Counted from the stretch's first letter, positions 11,091-21,700 are shown. The stretch is DNA of 64,000 nucleotides from Opitutales bacterium (GCA_049599475.1 JBMYOQ010000007.1:49800-113799); one strand, 5' to 3'. Notes: a model not told the origin generated them from the sequence alone. Program-made: numbers and translations.

Positions 11091-11163
11091 TGAAGGATGA
11101 AGGATGAGGGATGAAGGATGAAATTTTAGCGCGTCAGCCTTTCATCCTTCATCCCTCATCCTT
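11091..11163. repeat. inverted repeat built of tandem heptamers (GGATGAR)n; likely bidirectional terminator/mobile-type repeat
   Basis: Perfect 24-bp arms 11100-11123 and 11140-11163, 16-nt loop, between convergent genes. Confidence 0.85.
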
Positions 11164-11169
11164 TAAAAA

Positions 11170-11580
11170 TCACCCAGACTGCAGCCGGATGTCTCGGATC
11201 GCGTCGCATTCCGGGATGGCCTTGATCTTTTTAAGGATCGTCGCCTTCTGAAATAGGATTTCGTTGCGGAGGCTAGCGTTGCTTGTGGCGATGAGTAGGA
11301 CGCCTTGGGTGGTTATTTTCACGGGGCTGCAACGGTGTGCAAAGCGTCCCCCCATGATGTCTCGCCAGTGCTCCATGAGTACCCGTTCTGGTTTGGTTTG
11401 CTCGATGCCATACTGTTTAAACAAAACATCTACCAAGTTCTCGATTTCCATGGTCGACCGCATACGTGCCCGGGTCGGCTTGTAGGACACGCCCTTAAAA
11501 TCCGCGATAGTCTTGATCGCAGATTTTGAGAAGGGCAGGCCGCCTTCGGGGCTATGTTGCGGATTCCTGTTTTGGGACAT
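11170..11580 (-). CDS. DUF721 / DciA family protein
   Basis: HWRDIMG..FAHRCSPVKI..GVLLIATSNASLRNEILFQK..ILKKI pattern. Confidence 0.8.
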   Translation of the reverse strand: MSQNRNPQHSPEGGLPFSKSAIKTIADFKGVSYKPTRARMRSTMEIENLVDVLFKQYGIEQTKPERVLMEHWRDIMGGRFAHRCSPVKITTQGVLLIATSNASLRNEILFQKATILKKIKAIPECDAIRDIRLQSG

Positions 11581-11760
11581 GTAGTGCAGGTGGGTTGAAA
11601 ATACTCCTCAGGCAACTTGTTGGAAGGACAAACGTAAATCGATTCGAGTGTCGCTTGAAATCGGTGAAAGAACTGCTGTAAAAATCTTGCTATGAAAATG
11701 CCTAGCTTTTGTGTCTGATCGAGGCCTTTGCCTAGACTGCAACTTACCAACTGATTCCTA

Positions 11761-12801
11761 ATGAAAAATATAATTCGAGCGTTAAATGTTATTATTGCTG
11801 GTTCGAGCCTAATGTTTGTGGGCTGTGTTACCACGTCCTATACCGAAGCCAATGTTTGGACGGGTTCCGGCTATCGAGATCAGAATATTCGGCACAATGT
11901 AGTGGCAGTATCGACGATAGGCCACGCATCGGAGCAACAGGGGCGTCTCAGTGATTTTGTCATGTTGCGCGGAGCTGAATTGGCGATAGAGCGCGGATAC
12001 GAATACATCACTGTTATTGCTTCTGAAGGCTTAGAAGGTGTCGAGCGTGAGGACGTCGGGGGTGATTCTTCTTTTCAATGGGGTGGTCGTGGCGCTGTGG
12101 CAGTCTTTGCGCTCTTGCATGAGCAGCATGCCCATTTTGAAAACGAATTTAATGCTAAACAGTTGGCGGCTACTTTGATTACTCGATGGGGGTTGGACGT
12201 ATCGCCCTCGTCCGGAGCCTTTGATCCAGGGACTGTCGAGCTCGAGGCTGAGTTGTTTCCAGGAATGAATGAACTGCCGGCGAAAGACGCAAAAGACGTC
12301 ATCGTCTTTACCGATCCGACGCTTGCGGGCTTTGAAGGCATATCTATAGGGATGGTCTCTGATTTCGAAAACCCGTTTGTCTCAGATTTTGATCTAGAAC
12401 TTGAATTGCGTCGCCTTGCAGCTGAGTCTGGTGCAGATGCTGCAGTTGTTGGCTTTCCCCCTTACGGTCCTGAAGCAATCGTGGAAGCGCCTGCACTTAC
12501 CATGAAAGCGAGCCTTTTGCTCATTCCAGATGCCGCGTTTGGTATCCAGTGGGAGCCGGGCGAACTTGCTCTAAGCAAATATGAAATACGTCGATTTGCT
12601 GAATACAGCCGTGCGGATGATGCAGGGCTGTTGATTGGTGATCGTGTGCTGCAGATCGAAAACGTTGATATGCTGGACACGCTCGCATTCCACAAATTGT
12701 GGTTGAGCTTGAAGCCTGATCAAGAGGTCACCTTTACGGTATCGCGCGAAGGCAAAGAGATGAAGATTAAAGCCCCAGTCACCGGGAATCTGATCAACTA
12801 G
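11761..12801 (+). CDS. lipoprotein with C-terminal PDZ domain
   Basis: Lipobox FVGC; GYRDQ..MLRGAELAIERGYEY N-domain; PDZ SRADDAGLLIGDRVLQIEN...VTFTVSREG. Confidence 0.7.
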   Translation: MKNIIRALNVIIAGSSLMFVGCVTTSYTEANVWTGSGYRDQNIRHNVVAVSTIGHASEQQGRLSDFVMLRGAELAIERGYEYITVIASEGLEGVEREDVGGDSSFQWGGRGAVAVFALLHEQHAHFENEFNAKQLAATLITRWGLDVSPSSGAFDPGTVELEAELFPGMNELPAKDAKDVIVFTDPTLAGFEGISIGMVSDFENPFVSDFDLELELRRLAAESGADAAVVGFPPYGPEAIVEAPALTMKASLLLIPDAAFGIQWEPGELALSKYEIRRFAEYSRADDAGLLIGDRVLQIENVDMLDTLAFHKLWLSLKPDQEVTFTVSREGKEMKIKAPVTGNLIN

Positions 12802-12824
12802 AGGAGTCGCCAGAATTTCAAAAG

Positions 12825-12855
12825 AAAAGGTCGCCCGATGATGGGCGACCTTTTT
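12825..12855. terminator. bidirectional intrinsic terminator
   Basis: AAAAGGTCGCCC-gatgat-GGGCGACCTTTTT between convergent PDZ gene and thrS. Confidence 0.85.
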
Positions 12856-12879
12856 CGTATTCAAATTTTGCTTACTATT

Positions 12880-14709
12880 TTAGTCTTCGGGAAGAGTTCG
12901 ATCAGCGATGATGCCGAGGAGTTCCGTGAGGAATTCTTCCGGTTTCTTGAGACCCTCGAGTGCTTTATTGGTTCGAGAGTTTACCTTTATGAGCCCTTCT
13001 TCAGCTTCCTTTTTACCCAGTACGAGGAACGTCGGCACTTTGTCTACGTGGCACTTGCGGATCTTCGCTCCTAGTTTGTCGGCAATAGCATCGACCGTTA
13101 CGCGAATCTTAGCAGCCTTTAGGAGCTTTTCGATTTCGCGTGCTTGCGGAACAAGGTCGTCATTCATCGGAAGGATACGCACTTGTTCTGGGGCCAACCA
13201 TATCGGGAAATTGCCTGCAAAGTGCTCGATCAATACTCCGGTGAAACGCTCAAGCGATCCGAACGGAGCCCGGTGAATCATAACCGGGCGGTGCTTCTCG
13301 TTGTCCGGACCAATGTATGTGAGGTCAAAGCGTTCGGGTAGATTGTAGTCGACTTGAACAGTACCCAACTGCCACTCGCGGCCCAAAACATCTTTGACCA
13401 CGAAATCGATCTTGGGACCATAGAATGCGGCTTCTCCAGGCTCCTCGGTGTATGGGACTCCGAGCTCGCGGACAATTTCGCGAAGCGCGTCTTCTGCTTT
13501 GTCCCAAGATTCGGGTTCGCCGACATACTTTGAGCTGTCAGGATCGCGCAGAGAGACGCGGACGCGGTAGTCACCCATATCTAGGGTTTGGAAAACGGTT
13601 TTGACCAAGTCTAGGCAGCCCCGAATTTCGTCGGCCAGCTGTTCTTCTGTACAGAAAATGTGGGCGTCGTCCTGAGTGAAGCCCCTTACCCGAGTCAGGC
13701 CGTTGAGCTCTCCAGATTGTTCCCAGCGATAAACAGTGCCGAATTCGGCGAGGCGCACGGGTAGGTTGCGATAGCTGTGTGGCTCCGAATCAAAGATCTT
13801 GATGTGCATCGGGCAGTTCATCGGACGGAGCATAAAACCATCCATTTCACCGCTCTCGAGCTGGCTAGCGTATTCGCCAGCAGTGACACCGCCTTCAGCA
13901 ACTTTGTCAAAATCATCGCGTTCAGGAATCGCTGCGAATTGGCTTTCCTTGTAATAAGGGAAGTGGCCAGACGTGCGGAATAGATCGAGTTTTCCAATGT
14001 GTGGGGTGTAGACGATCCCGTAACCAGCGTTGCGTAATTCCTCGGAGATAAAGTCCGTAAGTGCCTCACGGACAATAGCGCCTGCGGGTTTCCATAGGAT
14101 CAGGCCTTGTCCCACCTCACTATCGATTGTGAATAGCCCCAGTTCTTTGCCCAGTTTGCGGTGGTCGCGCTGCTTGGCTTGTTCGAGCTGTTCGAGATAA
14201 GTCTCCAGTTCTTCCTTTGTTGGGAAGGCAGTGCCGTAGATGCGTTGGAGCTGCTTATTGTTCTCGTCGCCACGGTGATAAGCACCTGCGATCGAAAGCA
14301 GCTTAAAGGCTTTGATCTTCTTTGTGTATCCCACGTGCGGCCCTGCGCACAGGTCGACGAATTCACCGTTTTGGTAAAAAGAAATGGTGTCGCCTTCGGG
14401 AATGTCGGCGAGACGGCCCAGCTTATAGGTTTCCTGGCCAGCTTCCTTAATGATAGCGGTCGCTTCCTCGCGAGATACTTCGCGGCGTTCAAAGCGCTGG
14501 TTCTCTTTCACCACCTTCTTCATCTGAGCCTCGATCTTCTCGAGGTCCTCGAAGGTCAGCTTGTGGTCCAAGTCGATATCGTAGTAAAATCCCGTGTCTG
14601 TAGGCGGACCGATATCGAGCTGTGCCTCGGGGAAGACCCGAAGAACGGCTGTAGCTAGGACGTGAGCGGCCGAGTGGCGAAGCTCCTCAAGCGGAGACAT
14701 GTCTTTCAT
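12880..14709 (-). CDS. thrS: threonine--tRNA ligase (no N-terminal TGS domain)
   Basis: RHSAAHVLA, DLCAGPH, RDHRKLG, PMNCP, GLTRVRGFTQDDAH, FYGPKID, MIHRAPFGSLERF. Confidence 0.98.
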   Translation of the reverse strand: MKDMSPLEELRHSAAHVLATAVLRVFPEAQLDIGPPTDTGFYYDIDLDHKLTFEDLEKIEAQMKKVVKENQRFERREVSREEATAIIKEAGQETYKLGRLADIPEGDTISFYQNGEFVDLCAGPHVGYTKKIKAFKLLSIAGAYHRGDENNKQLQRIYGTAFPTKEELETYLEQLEQAKQRDHRKLGKELGLFTIDSEVGQGLILWKPAGAIVREALTDFISEELRNAGYGIVYTPHIGKLDLFRTSGHFPYYKESQFAAIPERDDFDKVAEGGVTAGEYASQLESGEMDGFMLRPMNCPMHIKIFDSEPHSYRNLPVRLAEFGTVYRWEQSGELNGLTRVRGFTQDDAHIFCTEEQLADEIRGCLDLVKTVFQTLDMGDYRVRVSLRDPDSSKYVGEPESWDKAEDALREIVRELGVPYTEEPGEAAFYGPKIDFVVKDVLGREWQLGTVQVDYNLPERFDLTYIGPDNEKHRPVMIHRAPFGSLERFTGVLIEHFAGNFPIWLAPEQVRILPMNDDLVPQAREIEKLLKAAKIRVTVDAIADKLGAKIRKCHVDKVPTFLVLGKKEAEEGLIKVNSRTNKALEGLKKPEEFLTELLGIIADRTLPED

Positions 14710-14815
14710 GGCAATAGATGCAGGTTGAGTTAAACGCTAGGGCGTAACACAGGAGGACGCTTCTGCCAAGGATTGGATGCAAAGAAGCGCCGCTTTCAAG
14801 GGAGGGGCCTGTTCG

Positions 14816-14839
14816 GGAGGGACGCTGTCCCAGCGTCCG
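14816..14839 (+). repeat. GGAG-type REP hairpin
   Basis: GGAG-GGACGCTG-TCC-CAGCGTCC-G; same design as the REPs beside the RAYT at 23.5/24.3 kb. Confidence 0.7.
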
Positions 14840-14876
14840 TTCGGCGTGGTCATGGTCCGCTCGCACCCCCTCTTCA

Positions 14877-16055
14877 CTAGAATTGTGGGAAACCGGGGTC
14901 GTTATTCTCAACGATGGCTAGGCCCTCAACTTCGATGAGCCAATCTGGACGGCATACCGAGCCCGCGACGATGATACTGGGCGTATCGCCCATGCGTATT
15001 TTCCATTCTCTTTTGATTACTCTAGAATCTGCAGGGTCGCGTAAATAAATGAGCCAATGTTGCATGTCGCTGAGGCCTGCCTTGGCTTCTTTCAGGAGCG
15101 CATCCACATTCTCGATCGCACGTGCGAGTTGGTTCACCACATCGTTTTTGTGCAATACTTCGCCATTAGAATCTATACTTGCGGTGCCTGATATGAAGAT
15201 GTGTTTGCGGTCCTGGTAACTTATGGCTGTGGCTCGTTCAAAGCGCACGCCGTAGCGGTCTGTTCGGCTAAGGTAGTCCGCCGCTTGCAAGTATTGTATC
15301 TGGCCTTGAGATAGTCCCGATACGGAATAGGTATCCATGGATACACGGGCCTGTGGATGTGCGAGACGCGCTTCGATACCGGTGCTTGCGATGTAATGAG
15401 AATGCGGGTTCAATCCCTCTCGATCAAACACTTCATTGCGACCACTTACGACGCCGGCGTAATTGTGGTCGACATCGCGGACGTGTAGCCATGTGCGCAC
15501 CGCCTCGTTTAAGAGAGTGCCGCGGATATGAGAGAGTTCATGTGTGTATTGATCGAACACCGATACCGTTTGCTCGTGGGTGGAGTGTTCGCCGGGATCA
15601 GTGAGTCCGGTGCTCCAAACGTGTTGCAACTTGCCCCGAGTGCGTTTCCAAGTGCTCTTTCCGATCTGAGTAATGTCCGAGTCATTATCTACGACATGAT
15701 ATGCTAAAAGCACCATCTTACTGCCATTCATGGGTGCCTGCCCGATCATTGAGACCGCACATTCCTCTCTCGAGCCTAGAGGGTGTCGCTCTAATTCGAT
15801 ACACTGGTTAATCACATCGCTTAGGAAAAAGCGTCTCCAGATGGCAGATCCATTTTTAATGCCCAGTTGTTCAAGAGTCTTTAAATAGACGGTCTGAGTC
15901 GTGTCTAGTTGCTCGGAAAAACTCCCTGTAGCGAGTGGTTTTACGATAATATGAAACTCATTCGCGGTTGAGGAATTTCCGAATCGTGAAATCTCCACTT
16001 CGGCTCGAGGGTCATCAAATTTTATGCTGAGCTTCATCTTTTTAAACGGATTCAA
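14877..16055 (-). CDS. Rid/YjgF-fold protein, chorismatase (FkbO/Hyg5)-like, two-domain
   Basis: HYIASTGI, FERAT, IFISGTASID, IYLRD, VCRPDWLIEVEG; no signal peptide; start TTG 16055 or ATG 16037. Confidence 0.8.
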   Translation of the reverse strand: MNPFKKMKLSIKFDDPRAEVEISRFGNSSTANEFHIIVKPLATGSFSEQLDTTQTVYLKTLEQLGIKNGSAIWRRFFLSDVINQCIELERHPLGSREECAVSMIGQAPMNGSKMVLLAYHVVDNDSDITQIGKSTWKRTRGKLQHVWSTGLTDPGEHSTHEQTVSVFDQYTHELSHIRGTLLNEAVRTWLHVRDVDHNYAGVVSGRNEVFDREGLNPHSHYIASTGIEARLAHPQARVSMDTYSVSGLSQGQIQYLQAADYLSRTDRYGVRFERATAISYQDRKHIFISGTASIDSNGEVLHKNDVVNQLARAIENVDALLKEAKAGLSDMQHWLIYLRDPADSRVIKREWKIRMGDTPSIIVAGSVCRPDWLIEVEGLAIVENNDPGFPQF

Positions 16056-17842
16056 AGAGTGTGGACGTATTCAATAAGTTGATCCAATTCTTCGGAAGAG
16101 AGTTGATCGGTCTCTCCGTGCATGTGCTCTGGGTTAAATCGTGTCATGGATTCATGGATGCTTGTTGCGCGCCCGTCGTGTAGGTAGGGGGCTGATCGCC
16201 AAACTTCTCGTAGAGTAGGTACATCGAATTTTAACTCACTTTCATCGTCGATTCCGGTTCCGACCCACTCGAGAGCCTTGTTTGTGTAGTTGTTGCCGTT
16301 GTGGCATTCCGCACATCCCGCTTTACCGCGAAAGAGGCGTTTCCCTTGTTCAGCGCTTGGGCTCAGGTTTCCGTCGATTAAATAGGGGCTAGGTGTTTGG
16401 CTGAGTGAGCTCAGGTAAAAGTCGATCGCCTGGGCATCCGACTCAGGCATAGCACTCCTTAGGAACTTGATTCCAGCACGCACGGAAGTCTCTGCATTGG
16501 GTCTGATCCCAGTGACGGTTGTCGGAGGCGTCTGGTGTGCAAGCAGGAGAGATTTTGCCTGGCGTGGGGTGCCTACGCCGTCATTCTCTAAGTCCCAGTT
16601 CAAGGCATCGGTTCGAGCATCTGGGTGGCAGCTCGCACATGACATCCAGTTCTGAAAACTATGCATAGCGTTGTGAAAATGAAATTCTCCCTGACGCGAA
16701 GCTCTTAGAGCTTTGGGCGGAAGTTCAAGTGATATTTCGGATTCAGACGAGCTGAACCTTTCGACTGCGTTGTTAAAGTAGGACGCGATTAGTAGACTAT
16801 TACTTTGAGGGTCGAAGGATAAGGCTCTTGGGCCGAGGCCCTTCAGGTCGAAGCGCCTCTTCCATGCATAGCCGAGGCGTAAATCATAGCCCATTTGCTC
16901 GCGCTCTTGCTCGGAGAATGACTCTAGAGTTTGAATAAGTGCGGGATAGTCTATCTCAATGATCTGGTGCGTCCCAGATAGGCTTACCCAGGCTTTTGTA
17001 TCGCTTATTTGAATATCCCATGGATTGGCCGCGCCACGATACAGATCATCCAGTAACAAGGTGCCGAGCATCTTAGCATTGTCTAAATCGATTACGGACA
17101 AGCCGTTTTTAATGATCCATCCACGTTCGATTTGCGTGGCCGGCACGCGATGGCTTCCGATCGTCATGGCTGATAGAGCGTAGCGCTTGTCAGGAGTGAG
17201 TGCGAGTTTGCGGGCACCAGAGCTGCCATCCTCGAGTGGGATTTCCGTTATGCGACCATTGCGTGTATTGAGCTTCGCGATACTCACGCCGGTCCAGTCT
17301 GCATTTGCGGACCGATCGCTGAGGTGATGAAGTACGACGAGTTCACTATCGTGTCTCCAATGGAGGTCGACGGGTTCGCGCAATACGGGGTGCTTTGCGC
17401 TTATTTGCCAGGTGCGCGCATCGTAGATCCAAACTTCGTTTTTAAAGCGCTGAGAAATTGCGAGCTGAAATCCGTCGGGACTGAAACAGGGGGCCTGAGG
17501 GCTGTGTCCAGCTTTGAAGGATTTCTTAGTCTTAAGCGATTTTGATTCGAGAATGTGTATATATCCGGTTCCTACGCCGCCGGTGACAATCAAAGATCCC
17601 GAATCTTGGGAAAGAGTCATACCCATTGGAAGGGCGGGCAGGGTGGTCCTGGCGATTAATTCATTGTCCCTGGAGAACCGATAGATCTCGTTGGTCAGGG
17701 ATGCTGCAAGATAGTATGATCCATCCGAAACCTGCAGAATATTTTCGAGACCCCAGTCGCCCTCGTATTCCGTATTCCCGTAAAGGCCAGCGAGCATGAG
17801 CCCGAAGGATAAAGCAGTGACCTGGAGCCATTTTAACATCAT
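16052..17842 (-). CDS. secreted YVTN-type beta-propeller + dihaem cytochrome c (CCP/MauG-like); hydrazine synthase beta/gamma-like architecture
   Basis: Signal peptide; propeller repeats; CASCH (16625-16639) and CAECH (16301-16315); FDVPTLREVWRSAPYLHDGRA. Confidence 0.82.
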   Translation of the reverse strand: MMLKWLQVTALSFGLMLAGLYGNTEYEGDWGLENILQVSDGSYYLAASLTNEIYRFSRDNELIARTTLPALPMGMTLSQDSGSLIVTGGVGTGYIHILESKSLKTKKSFKAGHSPQAPCFSPDGFQLAISQRFKNEVWIYDARTWQISAKHPVLREPVDLHWRHDSELVVLHHLSDRSANADWTGVSIAKLNTRNGRITEIPLEDGSSGARKLALTPDKRYALSAMTIGSHRVPATQIERGWIIKNGLSVIDLDNAKMLGTLLLDDLYRGAANPWDIQISDTKAWVSLSGTHQIIEIDYPALIQTLESFSEQEREQMGYDLRLGYAWKRRFDLKGLGPRALSFDPQSNSLLIASYFNNAVERFSSSESEISLELPPKALRASRQGEFHFHNAMHSFQNWMSCASCHPDARTDALNWDLENDGVGTPRQAKSLLLAHQTPPTTVTGIRPNAETSVRAGIKFLRSAMPESDAQAIDFYLSSLSQTPSPYLIDGNLSPSAEQGKRLFRGKAGCAECHNGNNYTNKALEWVGTGIDDESELKFDVPTLREVWRSAPYLHDGRATSIHESMTRFNPEHMHGETDQLSSEELDQLIEYVHTL

Positions 17843-18739
17843 CTAGAAATTTTCTTCTGAGAACGGGTGCCCGTTGGGCAGATAGGCGATGCCTGCGACT
17901 TTGTCATACCCGTCTAGGTACCAAGAGTGCACGATCTTTTTGAGATTTGGATCGAATTCGAAAAGGTCAGGAAGGTCTTTGTGCTTATGCCATGTGGCGA
18001 CTAAGAGATTGCCCCCTGGAAGTAATGTAATCCCTGTCGCCGGCACCGCTTTTGCCAGCCCGAGGTCTTCGGAGAACTTTAGCGTCCATTCGTGATTTCT
18101 ACGCTTATCGAAGCTGGCTAGTGCATTGCGGTAAGCGATGAATGTGCCGCCATCTTCCCGGCGAAGAGCTGAGGTGATTGTAGGGAGGTTTCGAATCTCC
18201 CATATTACCTCGTGAGTGTCGGGGGCGATCTCGCGAAACACGCCTGCATTTGTCATGGGGACGAGTAAATTGCGACCTCCTTTAACGACATAGCGGAATT
18301 GACCGTGGGTCTTTGATTTGAGTGGGGACACACGAGTGGTTCGAATTGCCGCGCCATTGTGATCGAGCGTGACCAGTTCACCTTTACCCTCATGGGCAAT
18401 GAGGTATTTCCCTTTTTCTAGGGTGAGGGCAGTCGCGTTTTCAGCTCCGGCAGGGACATGGTAATTCCAAATGGGTGAGCCATCTCTTGCGAGAAGCCTG
18501 GCACCGTCGATAGTCGCACAAAAGATCTCACCTGTTTCGGTGGTGCTGACCTGCTGCGGGTGCTTGAGGCCCTGCTGAGAGCGCCATACGACATCTCCTT
18601 CTCTATTTATTGCGAATAGGGCATCTGGACTATGGCTCGTCAGTAATATGTGGTCGCCTTCAATTAGCTGCCCCTCATACGCCATAGCGGAAGTAATCCA
18701 TAAACAGGCGGCTCCGAATAGATGCTTTAGCATGCTCAT
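17843..18739 (-). CDS. secreted beta-propeller protein (PQQ/arylsulfotransferase-like repeats)
   Basis: Signal peptide ending AMA; repeated 'G.VVW', 'GSPIW', 'EVIWE', 'HEW' blades. Confidence 0.65.
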   Translation of the reverse strand: MSMLKHLFGAACLWITSAMAYEGQLIEGDHILLTSHSPDALFAINREGDVVWRSQQGLKHPQQVSTTETGEIFCATIDGARLLARDGSPIWNYHVPAGAENATALTLEKGKYLIAHEGKGELVTLDHNGAAIRTTRVSPLKSKTHGQFRYVVKGGRNLLVPMTNAGVFREIAPDTHEVIWEIRNLPTITSALRREDGGTFIAYRNALASFDKRRNHEWTLKFSEDLGLAKAVPATGITLLPGGNLLVATWHKHKDLPDLFEFDPNLKKIVHSWYLDGYDKVAGIAYLPNGHPFSEENF

Positions 18740-21700
18740 TTGTTATCTTTCTCTTCGATGACTATACGGAAGCCCACGTCGTGAACTTTTTGCCAAGCAT
18801 GGTATGCTAGGCGGTAGGAGGCTGTGGCTCTGTAAGGGCGATCTCGATACGAACCACCACGCACGACTCGACGCAATTGGGGATCGTCAGCACTGGAAGA
18901 ATTTGAATCCACAAAGGGGTAAGGGCGATTTACAGAACGGGTCCATTCGGCTACGTTGCCGTGCATGTCGTAGAGACCCCAAGGGTTGGGTAGGTATGTG
19001 CCTGGAGAGGTCTGTATTTGCTGACCGTCGTTTACTCCTTCGATATAGGGTATCCACATCTCATGGCGGTTGGGATTAGTCATAGTCACGATCTTGGTGT
19101 AGCGCGGGCTGCCGGAAGCGGTATTTTCCCCGAAGCGTTTCATGCTCGCGTCGCTCAGGTTCGCAAATGTCGAGAAGTCTGTATTCAATTCCCCATACCA
19201 AAAGCTGCTCTCCCGACCCGCTCTTGCGGCCCATTCCCATTGTGCTTCTGAGGGAAGGCTTACACAGTAGCCAGTTTTCTCGCTTAGCCACTCACAGAAC
19301 GCCATTGCGGTTTTCCAGGAGACACGAACTGCTGGAAGTTCATCGCCATTTACAGAGATGCCCTCTTGTCCAAACTGTAGATTCAGGCGATCTTCCATGC
19401 GAGAATTGTGGTCTAATACGAAGTGACGCAATTGCTGGTTCGTAATTTCCTTGGAGGACATCCAAAATGCCTTTTCGATTTTTACGGAATGGCGAGGAGC
19501 CTCAGCTTGGGTCTCAAGATTAGACCCCATTGTGAAAGTGCCTGAAGGGATTGGAAGCATGTCGATCAGCTCGCCATCGCCTAGGTCGATTTGAATCGAC
19601 GTTGATTGAGTGTCCGTTACTTCAACGCTGAAATCTGATTGCTCCGCACTTGGAGTATTGGGGGCAGTCACTGGGTTCTGTATATGTTTTACCAATACAG
19701 CTTTTGCCTCTGGAGGATCTAAATGGACGAAATTGTCTCGACCCGCGTATTTTTGGCTGAGTTCATTGCCTCGTGCAAAGGTCCGCTCCAACTTTTCGCG
19801 ATTGATGGTACGGTGTTTTATATCCTGAACGAGATCTCTGCGATAGCCGTGAAAGGGAGCGTTGTAGTCCATCCACGTTTTGAGATGAAGCAGCTCCTTT
19901 TCAGTCAGAACAACACCGTGGTGTCCTTTTTCTAGAATTTGGGTCAGCTCAGAGACAATTGCACCGTACTCACCCGGATTGGGGACATCCATTGGGCTCT
20001 CGGTCCCAGGGTGGCGAACGAGGCTATGAAGGGTCATGTAACTCTCTGTGAATTTGCCTCCGTAGATGGGGTTTGCAGCACCACCCGAGCGGTTTTCGTA
20101 ATCGTTTATAGGGGTTGCTCGGAGGTCGGGTATGCCATCCGCGAATTCTGGACGCCGGGTGGTGAATCGCCCATTGCTGGCTTGGCCGTCGTGACAGCTT
20201 ACGCAGTTTGCATCGAGTATGGGCTGTATTTCATGGGCGAAGCTTATGGGACGTGCAATATCGAGCCAGGTAGTGAGGGGCTTGGGCTCTTGGATGCTTG
20301 CTAGAGTTGCTGTGGGGCGCGGCATATCGCTCGCAGGTTCGTGACAGCCGACACAGCTCATGCGTTCTCCTCCCATTGCTGTGGCCCAAGAACGCATGCC
20401 TTGCAGGGCCTGACCATGTTTATCCAGGGGTTGAAAAAACAGAGGTGTTTTCGAAGGGATTTTTGCCGTGAGAGAACCGTCTTCATTGACAGGGGTTACG
20501 CCGATCACCGTTTTTACATCCCAACCGCTATCAACACCGATTGTCCCCGGATGACCTCCGGCTCCGCCATGGGGTGAGAATTGATAGGTCCCGATACGGA
20601 GTTGTTTTACGGTGCCTCGAGGAATGTCTTTGAGGCCGGGGCCGTGATAGATGTCTTGGACGTAGATTGTAGCCTCGTCGCTATCGGGTTTTATGAGGGA
20701 CGGAATGACCGGGGGCTTTGTTTGCTTGCGCAAGGGGATCGGTTCCAGAAAGCCTTTACCTTCTTCTTCCCAGAGTAATACCGCATTGTCATAGATATCT
20801 ACGAGATATATGCCGCGAAGCAGGTCGAAATCACGTTGCATGCTTACGAGAAAAAACTCGCCTGCGCCCGCATGCGTCCCTTCCTGGGCGAGTGGGAAGG
20901 GGTGTAGGATTTGAGGCATCACATCGTGCATAAGGGGATCCTTTACGACACGCTTTACCTTCTTGTTGTAACCAGGTAGCTCCCGGACGACTGCTTTTTC
21001 ATTTTGAGTGTGTACCGCAGGATCAATTACAATCATACGACCGACACGCATGGGCCCGTGGTGACCGCTGATCGTGCCAACAATTTGACTCGGGTGTCCT
21101 GGAATGGGGCGAGCGTAGAAGAAGCTCGCGGGGAAATAGCTGTTGCTGAAAGCGATACTCTTTTGGCCGGAACCGTCGGGATTCATGACCATCAAGACGC
21201 GATTATTACTGTGCTGCATATCGCTATATTCCCAGCGCGTATACATAACACGCCCGTCTTGGAGCATTGTAGGATACCATGATGTGTCTTGGTCGAAGCC
21301 CAGCTGTCGGACTGTTTGACGATCCTTTTCCATGCGATAGAGGCTCGCCATTCTCGGTATCCCGTTGATACAGGGCATGCCTAAAAATGTGGCGGTGGAT
21401 GCGAAAATGATGCCGCCATCTGGAAGATATACACCGTCGAAGTGGTCTACGTCGCTTCCATCATCGGGGCCGAGCTCCACAGGGGAACCTCCGCGTAGAT
21501 CCATTTCGAACAGGCGGTAAGCTCTGTCCTTCGGTCGTGACATGGAAAACATAATACGCTCTGCATCGTAGTGTAGGTCGACGTAGTTAATGTTTCCTCC
21601 GTGTTCAGAATGATAAACCGTCTCACGCTCAACGGTATCCGAAAAAACGTTCTTCAGCCGTATAATACTCGTGTCCCACCCATTGCGCTGGGACTGGGCG

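Noticed and set aside
11091..11163. CRISPR array (also considered for 34895-34973 and 35806-35881)
   Set aside because: Units are 7-9 bp, tandem and inverted, with no unique spacers and no cas genes.
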